The position numbers and the translations under genes are program-made. 64,000 bases of DNA, taken from contig JAJYUZ010000001.1 of the NCBI GenBank assembly GCA_021792255.1, forward strand, positions 320,001 through 384,000. The letters run 5' to 3'. Below, in pieces: positions 41,023 through 50,105 of the stretch. The notes below the pieces were generated by a model. It was not told the origin of the DNA, did not search any database, and saw only the letters and a program-made list of their open reading frames with translations. Each line of letters opens with the position of its first letter. Position 1 is the first letter of the stretch. This DNA is from Thermoplasmata archaeon. Its GTDB lineage: Archaea > Thermoplasmatota > Thermoplasmata > Thermoplasmatales > GCA-001856825.

Positions 41023-41746
41023 CCAGATAATGGCTTCCATCTTGGTGAATTCAATTTATGCTATGATAAATTATCCCGTAATTCTGATCAACACACTCCT
41101 TGCGCCCCTTGCTATACTCGCAGTAGTGACATTCGCAAGCAGAGGTACATTGCTTCCCGTCGCTGCTGTCGGTGCATTAATAATGAACATGGTTTCGAGC
41201 GGTACTTCCCTGCAGCAAGACCTATCGCACCTTAAGAACGATATGAGGCTGCAGGACATGATCGTCAGTTCCCCTACAAGTTCACTTGTCTATGTCGTTG
41301 GCATGGCGATATCTGAGATCGTATATTCCATACCCACACTTGCATTCCTCATAATTTTGAACGTCTTGTTTGTAAAGACCACCGCACTCGGCGCATTTAT
41401 TATTTTCTTAGATATGGCGACTATATTCACATTCTCCATATCCCTTGGATTTTTTCTCTCGACCTTCACTTCTGACATCATACAGTCCTGGGGATTTTCG
41501 GGCATACTTTCACCGCTGCTGACGACCATACCTCCGGTGTACTATCCAATTAGCTACATCCCATTACCATATAGGTACCTTGCATATCTCTCCCCCACGA
41601 CTTATGCATCCGAGATTGCCCAGAGCCAAACGGGATTCTATAGCCCTGGTGCCATTGGTTTTGCGGTTTCGTGGATTGTGCTTCTGTCTGTCACAATCGT
41701 GCTGACCTATCTCGCACTGAAGAGATCGAGATGGAGGGAAAATTAG
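41003..41746 (+). CDS. ABC-2 permease
   Basis: Six TM helices, PPVYYP, LSPTTY; start at MKRRIG after a GGAGG-rich SD. Confidence 0.85.
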   Translation: MKRRIGSQIMASILVNSIYAMINYPVILINTLLAPLAILAVVTFASRGTLLPVAAVGALIMNMVSSGTSLQQDLSHLKNDMRLQDMIVSSPTSSLVYVVGMAISEIVYSIPTLAFLIILNVLFVKTTALGAFIIFLDMATIFTFSISLGFFLSTFTSDIIQSWGFSGILSPLLTTIPPVYYPISYIPLPYRYLAYLSPTTYASEIAQSQTGFYSPGAIGFAVSWIVLLSVTIVLTYLALKRSRWREN

Positions 41747-41809
41747 TCTGAAGCAACCAGAAAATGCATTCAAGCTTAAATAGCAATGATAATTTAGATT
41801 CTCATATCA

Positions 41810-42163
41810 ATGAAGGAAGATAAAAGAGGTAGGACGTTCAAGGGAATTATTTCGTTAATAATTCTAAAGTCCCTATGGAACGCACCTGGCTATGGATATC
41901 AACTAGAGAGGGAAGTCAACAAGGGTCTAAACCAGAAATTGAGCAATGGAGAGATTTATTCCATTCTAAGGAACATGGAGATCCGTGGGTTAATAAAGAA
42001 CAGAAATGACTCCCAGCCTGGAAGGAACAGGAAGTACTATGAAATAAGCGGCGATGGAAAAAAGTACCTGTTGAATCAGGCGCTGAACATGGACCTAGCC
42101 ATAAATACGATGCAGGAAATTATCAAATTTGTCCATTCTGTCTCTGAAAAGGAAAAGTACTGA
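41810..42163 (+). CDS. PadR-family transcriptional regulator
   Basis: YGYQL, GEIYSIL, RKYYEIS. Confidence 0.9.
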   Translation: MKEDKRGRTFKGIISLIILKSLWNAPGYGYQLEREVNKGLNQKLSNGEIYSILRNMEIRGLIKNRNDSQPGRNRKYYEISGDGKKYLLNQALNMDLAINTMQEIIKFVHSVSEKEKY

Positions 42164-42363
42164 CAGCTTGATCAGATATTCGAGTGGATTGGCCAGTTCG
42201 ACCGAAAGGATCCCAGACGACTCCCACATCTTTTGTCCAAAGAACAATATGTGAATTACCTATCAACGGAGGGAAGACAGAGAAACCCAGTCTTGAACTC
42301 AGAATTTTGTCACTTTAGCTCAGACTCCTAACATTATTTATAAAAGCAGTGAATTCTTAACAC

Positions 42364-43278
42364 GTGAATCAGACAATCCTGTTTTATGGAGATGAGGAGA
42401 TTCTGAAGAGTCTCTCTAAGAGGGGCTCAGAAACCGATATAAGATATTACAACACCAGGATTTCGGGAAACGAAATGACTTTCCTCTACCCCTTCAAATT
42501 CCCCGAGAGGATCCAAACGCTCTTGAACGCTGCATCGGTATCCAACAAGGCAATTTTGGCTGTTAACGAACTTGATAAGAGCGTAGGAGAGTTTTTGCTA
42601 ACGCTGGATTACCACCAGATTAGGAATTTGGGTGTAATATCTGATCCCAATTTAACCGAACAAATTCAGAAGATTGCCACAGGCATGGGAATAAAGGTAC
42701 ACGCGCTTAACCCGAAGTACGAAGACATTGAAAAATTTTCACAGGTACCGCTGGAGGACCCAAAAGCTGAAAACTTGGTGGTACTGGATCAGAGCTTTCA
42801 AGTCAAAGGTGTAGGTACGGTTAGTCTCGGATTCGTGCTTGGCGGTGAGATAAAGAAACACATGGTATTGAAAGCTTATCCATCAGGTAAATCTGTCGAC
42901 ATAAAGAGCATACAAATTATGGATGTGGACATGGAAACTGCAACCCCTTTTTCTAGAGTAGGACTGGCATATAGGAACGCTGAAGTCGATGATGTTCCAA
43001 AAGGTACTTTGCTCTATTCCAGAGAGGGAATAGAATTTACTGATAGCATAACACTTGAAGTCAGGACTAATCCGACCGTTAAGGTGGTTCCTTCGGTAGG
43101 AGACAAGATACAAATTAACTTCCTTTTCAACAACATTAATGCGGAAATCTCTGACATCTCGGAGGGGCGATACCTAATTGATGCGGACAAGAAAGTCCCA
43201 ATTATGGACTCAATCTTCTCAATATCCTCTCTCAACTCTAGCCCAAGGGTGGTAGGAGCTGGGAAACCTGGAAATTGA
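42364..43278 (+). CDS. SelB-like/EF-Tu domain II protein with a degenerate G-domain
   Basis: LDQSFQVKGVGTVSLG, IKSIQ, RVGLA; no P-loop. Confidence 0.78.
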   Translation: MNQTILFYGDEEILKSLSKRGSETDIRYYNTRISGNEMTFLYPFKFPERIQTLLNAASVSNKAILAVNELDKSVGEFLLTLDYHQIRNLGVISDPNLTEQIQKIATGMGIKVHALNPKYEDIEKFSQVPLEDPKAENLVVLDQSFQVKGVGTVSLGFVLGGEIKKHMVLKAYPSGKSVDIKSIQIMDVDMETATPFSRVGLAYRNAEVDDVPKGTLLYSREGIEFTDSITLEVRTNPTVKVVPSVGDKIQINFLFNNINAEISDISEGRYLIDADKKVPIMDSIFSISSLNSSPRVVGAGKPGN

Positions 43279-43495
43279 AACCAAACTGAAGGTTAAAGGA
43301 AAAGAAGCAGAAATCATCATTCGAGCGGTACTTGAGGATCACAAGAAGTATATGAATTGCAGGAAGACAAAGGAGGGATACCTCTGCACCATTAGGGGTC
43401 AAACCAATGATGTCCGGAAGACGCTCAATGAATTTCTAGAATCCATCTTATACCTGGAGAGAGTGTCAGAAAGCCTCGAAGCCCGAGTGGGGTAG
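43268..43495 (+). CDS. Pcc1-like small protein (possible KEOPS subunit); CTG start; overlaps tRNA
   Basis: Not in the ORF track. 75-codon open frame (L)EIETKLKVKGKEAEIIIRAVLED...DVRKTLNEFLESILYLERVSESLEARVG, with GGTAGGAG 9 nt upstream. Confidence 0.55.
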   Translation: MEIETKLKVKGKEAEIIIRAVLEDHKKYMNCRKTKEGYLCTIRGQTNDVRKTLNEFLESILYLERVSESLEARVG

Positions 43496-43555
43496 TTTGG
43501 ATTATCCTAGAGGCCTGCGGAGCCTCAGACCTGGGTTCGAATCCCAGCTCGGGCG
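43481..43555 (+). tRNA. tRNA-Arg(GCG), no intron, CCA not encoded
   Basis: GCCCGAG/CTCGGGC acceptor, GAGGC-CTGCGGA-GCCTC anticodon arm, CTGGG-TTCGAAT-CCCAG T-arm. Confidence 0.96.
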
Positions 43556-43619
43556 TCTTTCTAGAGCGGTCTGACGGGTCGGTTTACGACAAAAACTAAA
43601 ATACAATTTACAGATAGCA

Positions 43620-44636
43620 TTGAGCAAGATGTCTTTGAGTACAGGGCACGATAAGGTCGCGACAAGATTTTCCTTTTCTGGAAGACTTAAAAGAAATGCT
43701 TCTTTCAAGGTCGGAGTTGTCATAATTGGAATCTATCTGGTCATTTCTTTGTTAGACGTCGCTTACCCGAAATACATTAACGTGAGCAATGCATTTAATT
43801 TGTTTGCCTTTACTAACCCTGGACTTAAATCCGTTGTGCTGACACAACCATCTCCCCCAACACTCAACCATGGCTGGATGTACATATTTGGAACCACAGC
43901 TTATGAGATTCCCATACTTCCCGCTATCCTTGCGTCGATACCGATCGACCTCGGGTATGCTGTACTGATAGCTGGAGTGAGCGCGGTCATAGGCACGCTG
44001 ATCGGAGTAACTGGCGCATTCTTTTCAAGGGAATCAGAATGGCTGATATCGGTCATTTCAAACGCATTTATCAGTTTTCCACTCATCATCTCAGTCGTGA
44101 TTTTCGGCTTTTTGTTTCACTTCACAATACTCTCAATTTTTGCAGGAATAGTAGTGGTACTGTGGGCATATTATGCTCAAATAACTCGGATGCTCACGCT
44201 CAATGTGAAGGCGAAGCAATTTATCGAGGCAGCACGGGCCTCAGGAGCGTCTGACTTGCGCATAGTCTACTCGCACATCGTTCCGAACATAACTACGCCA
44301 ATTCTCATAAGGCTCTCTCTCGACATGGCTACTGTGGTCTTGATCTTCTCGGCTGCAAACTTCATGTTCTGGGCGCAGTTTTTGCCTCTCGCAACGATAC
44401 CAGAACTGGGCAGCCTCATCAATGGATTCCCAGAATTTGGATATCAATTTGGGTATCCAATAGGAGGACCAGTAATGGGGGGGGGCCATTACATTCCTGC
44501 CACTGCTGCCGTATTTCTATATCTGGGATACTGGTGGACCGTCTTGTTTCCCATCTTGTTCTTGTTGGTCCTAGTCATAGGTCTAATAGCACTTTCGGAT
44601 GGCCTTAGAAAAGCTATGGATCCAAGAACCACATAG
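43620..44636 (+). CDS. Oligopeptide/dipeptide ABC permease, DppC/OppC type
   Basis: IFGT, FIEAARASGAS, HIVPN, PELG, DGLRKAMDPR. Confidence 0.9.
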   Translation: MSKMSLSTGHDKVATRFSFSGRLKRNASFKVGVVIIGIYLVISLLDVAYPKYINVSNAFNLFAFTNPGLKSVVLTQPSPPTLNHGWMYIFGTTAYEIPILPAILASIPIDLGYAVLIAGVSAVIGTLIGVTGAFFSRESEWLISVISNAFISFPLIISVVIFGFLFHFTILSIFAGIVVVLWAYYAQITRMLTLNVKAKQFIEAARASGASDLRIVYSHIVPNITTPILIRLSLDMATVVLIFSAANFMFWAQFLPLATIPELGSLINGFPEFGYQFGYPIGGPVMGGGHYIPATAAVFLYLGYWWTVLFPILFLLVLVIGLIALSDGLRKAMDPRTT

Positions 44637-44663
44637 TGCGATGCTGTATATCCCAGAACAATG

Positions 44664-45737
44664 TCAAGTCCGTACGAGCGGATTCTTCGCATAATGGATT
44701 GTGTCTATTGTGATTGCACCGAAGATCAAGATTAGCCCAAGGAGAAATATTGTGACTGCCGTTGGGTAGTACTGACCGTGAGCCATGGTCGTGATGAGAA
44801 ACAGTCCTATCCCAGGATAATCGAACACGTACTCCATCATGACTATGTTGCTGAGTAGAAAGGCTACCATGATGGTCGCAGAAGCCATCACAGGCATTAC
44901 AGCGTTGGGCCTGACGTGCTTTATTTCGATTTGTCTCTCTGGTACGCCGCGACTTCTCGCGCTCCTCACATATTCCGTGCCCATGTTGTCGGTGTAACCG
45001 GCTTCCAAGAGGGAAGTGACGATCGCGGTAATACCAATTACTAACGTTGTGACTGGAAGTACGAGGTGCATAAATGCATTGGCTGCAAGGGTATAATCGC
45101 CGTGTATAAGAGAATCGAACAGGAGCATGTGCGTAGGGCTGGATATCAGCACTCCATTACTCTCCAACCATGCTGGTTTTGGTACTCCTGACGGAAGTGC
45201 GATCGGATTAAACGCGCCAGTAATAGGAAAGACCGCAAGCGGGTTTCCGCTTATCACTCCCTTTCCCAACAGAACCTGGAGAAGCAGACCTACCACGTAA
45301 GCGGGAGTTAGGTAGCCTACGATGACTGCTGACCTTCCGAACTTTGCGAGTCTGTAAGTATGATGTGTGCCGAGGTACCTTCCCAACGGGAACGAGATTA
45401 TCAATGCAATCGGAGCTGCGATGATCACTACTTCAAGAGTAGAAAAGAGATAAATGTCTATAAGCATCGTAAGTGGGCCGCTGTAAGTAGCTTCGGTTCC
45501 TGCTGTGAGATAGCCCCAGTGTCCAATCAAGATATCTACTACGAATATTCCGAAAGCAGTTAGATAAGAAGTAATTGAGTCCGAAAAGGCTGGAAAACCT
45601 GACGAAATAGGACTACCATTTCCTATAAACGAAAACACTACAAATATGAAATAGAGGATGATCAAGATTGTCGGTGGAACCGATGCAAGTCTTTTGAGAA
45701 AGTACGACCACATGCTCATCTTAGACTGTACGACCAA
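44664..45737 (-). CDS. Oligopeptide/dipeptide ABC permease, DppB/OppB type
   Basis: YFLKRL, HLVLPVTTL, EYVRSARSRG, EYVFDYPGIG. Confidence 0.9.
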   Translation of the reverse strand: MVVQSKMSMWSYFLKRLASVPPTILIILYFIFVVFSFIGNGSPISSGFPAFSDSITSYLTAFGIFVVDILIGHWGYLTAGTEATYSGPLTMLIDIYLFSTLEVVIIAAPIALIISFPLGRYLGTHHTYRLAKFGRSAVIVGYLTPAYVVGLLLQVLLGKGVISGNPLAVFPITGAFNPIALPSGVPKPAWLESNGVLISSPTHMLLFDSLIHGDYTLAANAFMHLVLPVTTLVIGITAIVTSLLEAGYTDNMGTEYVRSARSRGVPERQIEIKHVRPNAVMPVMASATIMVAFLLSNIVMMEYVFDYPGIGLFLITTMAHGQYYPTAVTIFLLGLILIFGAITIDTIHYAKNPLVRT

Positions 45738-45804
45738 GGTAGAATCGCATAAAGATTTTTTGCCCAGGCAGAAGCAGTACAGACATTGTCATTTCCATGA
45801 TGAC

Positions 45805-46419
45805 TCAGGCCGTCATTGTCAAGATTTCATCGTGGACTAATGCGCTTGGATTCGAAATAGCGATGTGATAGACGTCCATAGCGAACGCGAACTGCCCCGA
45901 GTATCCTGCCACGATAAGCACCATCGAACCAGCACCAGAATTGTTACCAAAAGTACCACCCAATACGATGGCAGTGTACCGGAAATTATTAAATGATTCG
46001 TTCGTCACGGCAACGGAGAACCCTACTCCTTGCTGGTAACCCTGCAGATCTATCATTGCATTTTCGTAGATCTGCGCTACGAACGAAGATGCAGAGGACT
46101 GCGATAAGAATTCGAATGAACCCATTATGAGTTCGCCGTAACCTGATGACCTAACGAAGGATGCAGCTATTGCTTTGATGGGTTTCTCCGAAGACTGACT
46201 GGAAAAGATACTGCTCGTTGCGGGTATCTCGTTTAACCCTACTCCAGATGTATTGTTGACTTGTGAATCGCTGACTATCCCGATGTGGAGAGTAGATAAA
46301 GGATGTAGTGAACCGTTATGACTTTCGATAATTTCAAAGGGAACGAATATTAAAACAGCAACTACTATCACGACTGCGACTCCGGTCACTACGGCACGGA
46401 TTTGTCCGTCAGCATTCAT
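45805..46419 (-). CDS. Membrane-anchored hypothetical protein
   Basis: N-terminal TM followed by a soluble domain; co-oriented with the DppB-type gene. Confidence 0.7.
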   Translation of the reverse strand: MNADGQIRAVVTGVAVVIVVAVLIFVPFEIIESHNGSLHPLSTLHIGIVSDSQVNNTSGVGLNEIPATSSIFSSQSSEKPIKAIAASFVRSSGYGELIMGSFEFLSQSSASSFVAQIYENAMIDLQGYQQGVGFSVAVTNESFNNFRYTAIVLGGTFGNNSGAGSMVLIVAGYSGQFAFAMDVYHIAISNPSALVHDEILTMTA

Positions 46420-46800
46420 AGGTTTATGAAATTAACAAAGAGTAAAAAGATTTCGCAGAGCTTGTTCGCTGGACGAATTCTTGCCATGTTCCAATTTTGC
46501 CTGTAATCCATTAAGATCTAACAAGCAAGTCTGAGGCCCATAATTGTAAGAAATCCATCTAGAGAAATCTAGAGGATTCAGATAGGCACCCTACCCCGAA
46601 TTAGAGTCCACTAAAGAGTAACAAGATAGCATTTAATTAGTCTCAGTTTACGGTCAGGTTGAAAGAAAGGAGAATTACCAAACGATTGGCACAAAGAATA
46701 GGCATCTATACTCACGAAAAACTGGGGTATTGTTGACCGCCGCGGTACTTGGATAAAGTCCTTCGAAATTTACTCAACCTTTGAAACGAGAAGTATTTTT

Positions 46801-47763
46801 TCATCGGCTATGTGATATCACTATAGTATCTCCCCTCAACGCATTTTCAAACTCGGTCTCGAAGATAATGTGCCCTGGATCGTTTCCCGTCCTCTTGATG
46901 ATCACTGGCTCGATTTCCCTAAACCCATCTGACAATCTCTTCTTGATTTTGACATCTTCCCCCTTTTCGAATTCACAGTTTATTCTCAGAAGATCTACGT
47001 CCGAAGGAATCACAATTTGAATTGGCCTGTTCGGAAAATTATATCTATAATTCAAGAACAAGTATCTCTCTTCTGATTTACGCATCGGCCTGTTAAGTGT
47101 AATAGAAATACCTGTTCTATCTGACCCGGAATACAAAACGTTTTCCTCATGTAGTGTGATTTTCTTAGTTTCGTCGAATGCAGATAAGTTTATCTGATTA
47201 AGCGAGTTCAAATCTCCCATAGGTAGAGAAATATTATATCCTGCAATTATGCCTAGACCGAAATTCTTAATGTGAACGAACATTGTAACAAATGTCTCAT
47301 CATGCGTGAAGTCAAATCCGATTGACATACTTGTCGTCTTAATTTCTTGTCCCGATGGACTCCCTGTTTTCTTACCATACAGTACAGTTCCATTCACTGT
47401 CCTTTTGCTCATCAAGTCAAGTTTAAGTAATTTTTTGATATTCCTATAGACGGTAGCTGTTACAACAGGTCTTCCGTATGAATTTTCAAGTAGCGACTTG
47501 ATTTCACCAAATCTCAATTCTTTTTCGCGCAACCGTAAGGAGACAATCTCTTCTAGGGCGTTAAATAATGATCCCTTTGGGGCTTGAGTAATAGAGCTTC
47601 GACTAACTCCATCGCCAGGTTGTCTACAGTAGTGCACTATTCCATTTGCGTGGACGAATTTCAAATAGTGGTATTTTTTTCCTTTAGAGCTAGACGTATA
47701 GTTGATCTTTCTCGCTTGACCACCACAAGCTTGACAGACTTCTAGCACCGCTTTCCTTCCCAT
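46801..47763 (-). CDS. Module protein B1: putative Zn-finger + winged-helix + beta-rich domain regulator
   Basis: CQAC...HANGIVHY; LRFGEIKSLL..TVYRNIKKLLKLDLM HTH-like segment; paralog of 58487..59419. Confidence 0.8.
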   Translation of the reverse strand: MGRKAVLEVCQACGGQARKINYTSSSKGKKYHYLKFVHANGIVHYCRQPGDGVSRSSITQAPKGSLFNALEEIVSLRLREKELRFGEIKSLLENSYGRPVVTATVYRNIKKLLKLDLMSKRTVNGTVLYGKKTGSPSGQEIKTTSMSIGFDFTHDETFVTMFVHIKNFGLGIIAGYNISLPMGDLNSLNQINLSAFDETKKITLHEENVLYSGSDRTGISITLNRPMRKSEERYLFLNYRYNFPNRPIQIVIPSDVDLLRINCEFEKGEDVKIKKRLSDGFREIEPVIIKRTGNDPGHIIFETEFENALRGDTIVISHSR

Positions 47764-47784
47764 TTAATTGTCAATTACCTTCTT

Positions 47785-47798
47785 CAATATTCAAATTT
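47785..47798 (-). promoter_or_regulatory. Conserved promoter-position element of gene B1
   Basis: AAATTTGAATATTG ending 21 nt before the ATG; same element and spacing before B2. Confidence 0.6.
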
Positions 47799-47824
47799 CC
47801 GTTTTCCTAGACTGAAAGTGATTC

Positions 47825-48781
47825 TCAGGAGTGCTTCCATTTGAATTGCAGGACAGAAAATGGCTCGACGTCGGAGATTCTGATACCACTGATGTGTTTC
47901 CACATGGGAGAAGAAGCTTCCATACTGTTATTCGATAACTCTCTGGTTTCATTCCTAGATGCCAGGGTCAAGGATGCACTGAGCTTAATGTCATTATCCC
48001 CAGAAATTGAAAATTGAAAATTGTCCATCCTGGTCGCAGCGGAAAAAACGAATGACATTTTTGGTTCCGGCCACTTATATTCTACCTTAATGTCTCTTAG
48101 TTCTCCGGGGAGGAGCGGGATAGGCATTTTCAAAAGTACTCTCTTGTCCGTGGGAGAATCTTCAATCAGCAGTACTTTAAAATCTTTGGAATTGGAAGGA
48201 TCTGTAGCGTGCAATTCTATATCTTCGAACCTCATATCCACATCTCCTACGTATCTGAATGGAACGTAATAAAGTGGCCAAGAGTGGTCATTTTTGATTA
48301 TGTAAGTGAATACGTGTTTCTTGAATGTATAGTCTTTATCAATGTCCACCAGTCCGATTTTCAGTGAGTTGATTACGAAACTCAAACGATCTTTTGATAC
48401 CGTGTTTATGTAATAGAGACTCCTTCCTCTCTTATGCTTTTCAATCATTCCAATTTTTGCTAGTCTTTCCAAACTGACCTTGATTGAACCAAACCCGATA
48501 TCGGAGAAGTTTTTGACAAGTAGTTTTTTGATATCCTTGTTCCTAAACGTGCCAAGTTTGAAATCTTGAGAGTTAATAGTCTCTATAAGGACCCTCTCAA
48601 GTTCTCCTTTCTTTATGTACTTCTGACCTTTTTGATCCTGGTTTGAATAATGAATGGCTCCTTCGTGATGATAAATGAAGTAATCATAACGCTTGCCATA
48701 TTTGTTCATCACCCATTTACGGGTTACCCTCGCTCGCTCACCGCATACAGGGCAAACCTCCTGACGCTCGCCAAAGGTCAT
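47825..48781 (-). CDS. Module protein A1: putative Zn-finger + winged-helix + beta-rich domain regulator
   Basis: CPVC...YHHEGAIHY; 318 aa from ATG 48781; about 140/318 identities to 57471..58427 by manual ungapped count. Confidence 0.82.
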   Translation of the reverse strand: MTFGERQEVCPVCGERARVTRKWVMNKYGKRYDYFIYHHEGAIHYSNQDQKGQKYIKKGELERVLIETINSQDFKLGTFRNKDIKKLLVKNFSDIGFGSIKVSLERLAKIGMIEKHKRGRSLYYINTVSKDRLSFVINSLKIGLVDIDKDYTFKKHVFTYIIKNDHSWPLYYVPFRYVGDVDMRFEDIELHATDPSNSKDFKVLLIEDSPTDKRVLLKMPIPLLPGELRDIKVEYKWPEPKMSFVFSAATRMDNFQFSISGDNDIKLSASLTLASRNETRELSNNSMEASSPMWKHISGIRISDVEPFSVLQFKWKHS

Positions 48782-48807
48782 CGACAAACAATAGTATATA
48801 GTATAAA

Positions 48808-48819
48808 AAAGTTAGAAAA
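48808..48819 (-). promoter_or_regulatory. Operator half-site upstream of A1
   Basis: TTTTCTAACTTT on the minus strand; CTAACT ends 28 nt before the A1 ATG, adjacent to TTTATA. Confidence 0.6.
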
Positions 48820-48841
48820 ACTAATCCATTGAAAAGCTGCT

Positions 48842-48937
48842 TTACGCTCCGCCCACGTAGGCTCCACCTAGTGGTCTTACGATTGCGAAGTACGTACTAA
48901 CCACAAGAGCGAGCACCGCTACAATTAGCTCAAACAT
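48842..48937 (-). CDS. Small hydrophobic peptide P1 (31 aa)
   Basis: MFELIVAVLALVVSTYFAIVRPLGGAYVGGA with GGGGGA upstream; aligns without gaps to P2. Confidence 0.75.
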   Translation of the reverse strand: MFELIVAVLALVVSTYFAIVRPLGGAYVGGA

Positions 48938-48964
48938 TTGAATCCCCCATTGTTCTATAATATA

Positions 48965-49027
48965 CTGGTATTTCGATACTACTGCAAAGTTAGAAAAGTT
49001 TTCTAACTTTATAATACTATTGAATAG
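48965..49027. promoter_or_regulatory. 63-bp conserved dyad, copy 1
   Basis: Perfect 12-bp inverted repeat AAAGTTAGAAAA-G-TTTTCTAACTTT at 48986..49010; reverse complement matches 57221..57283 at 45/63 positions without gaps. Confidence 0.78.
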
Positions 49028-49052
49028 TCTCATTAAGTTATACAGTTGAAGA

Positions 49053-49260
49053 GTGATGGAATCTAAAGCGTTAGGTACTGTCAGGGTGATGCGAATTAGC
49101 TCTGTACGGCACCGATCAGAATCGCGAGACGGACAGATTGAGTCAAAAGACGGAGAAATAAGACTGCGGCAGAGTAGCGGGCGCCCTTCGAGGAACCAAT
49201 CCCCCTCCTCGTGTGTGGAGCTAGTTCTCACCGACAGCCTTTATTCTCCTAGCTTTCTAG
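49053..49260 (+). ncRNA. Candidate structured RNA divergent from P1 (alternatively the 5' part of ORF 49053..49472)
   Basis: 49078..49102 can pair with all 20 nt of 49218..49237 (two bulges, one G-U); alternative 5' hairpin; pyrimidine tract follows. Confidence 0.4.
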
Positions 49261-49464
49261 ACGTAACAGACGAATTAGAACTTCTAGAGATCGTACGCTC
49301 GGAAGGTATGTACACTCTCGGTTTAGCCGATAAAAAGTGGATAAAATCTAAACCTAACTCTGCGGTCGCTTATAATTCAATGCGTAGAGCAAAGTTCATT
49401 TTAAATCTTGACCCCTCAATTTGGTTCAGTTACGGGACCTTTTCGATTGGAACTGATGTGGAGG

Positions 49465-49890
49465 ATGCCTGAATTGTCTCTAGGCGAGCTGGATTTTGAG
49501 AATGGTAGTGTCCTTAGAGAACAGAAAGATATCAAAGAGAGAGTAAAGGATGACACAAAGCTTCTGGTCTCTTTGCATGATATTGAATTTTCAAAAGAGA
49601 AAGAGGGATATTTAGAGGTAGCTACCGACATTTTCTTCTCGAGACTCCTTCATCTCCTTTATGTACGCAACGTAGAAGCTGGAAAGGATTTCGAAACAGC
49701 GAAAGAGAAAGCAAAGACAGTCCTCATCTCTCAGTTGGAGAAAAAGAAACAAACCCTCCTGACAAAGTCAGTATTTCAGAATGACAGCGCTAAAGATTAT
49801 GGCATGAGAGGGAAGAGATTGTTTCTGCTGAACAAAGCCATCTCGATACTTGAGGCTTACAACGGTGAACCGCCATATTTCAATTACTGA
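49465..49890 (+). CDS. Hypothetical charged helical protein
   Basis: Start taken at MPELSLGE; natural protein composition; no family recognised. Confidence 0.65.
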   Translation: MPELSLGELDFENGSVLREQKDIKERVKDDTKLLVSLHDIEFSKEKEGYLEVATDIFFSRLLHLLYVRNVEAGKDFETAKEKAKTVLISQLEKKKQTLLTKSVFQNDSAKDYGMRGKRLFLLNKAISILEAYNGEPPYFNY

Positions 49891-50105
49891 GTATGTTTTA
49901 CTTAAGCTAGGGAAAAACCGATTTTATACTTAGTTCTCACCTTGACAGTGGCAGAGAAACAGGCTTTTTATTTTTCCAATCCTTAAGCTCTGTCCCTACT
50001 ATATACTTTGGAAGATGCCATTTCGAAAAATACTAACCTTTCCTAGATAATCAGCACGGGACTTCCAGTTGATTCCCGCGCTTCTCTTTGATTTCGATTT
50101 ATCAG

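Noticed and set aside
43502-43723. 73-aa minus-strand ORF
   Set aside because: Antisense to tRNA-Arg(GCG) and the start of the DppC-type gene.
48842-49231. 129-aa ORF as a real protein, and its apparent similarity to 57041..57274 (LFN..KLE...NF)
   Set aside because: The similarity is the translated DNA dyad; only the last 31 codons look coding, and the copy 2 frame stops before P2.
49053-49330. SRP (7S) RNA, suggested by a CGGAAGG loop
   Set aside because: Lacks the conserved helix 8 internal-loop sequence and the Alu-type 5' end.
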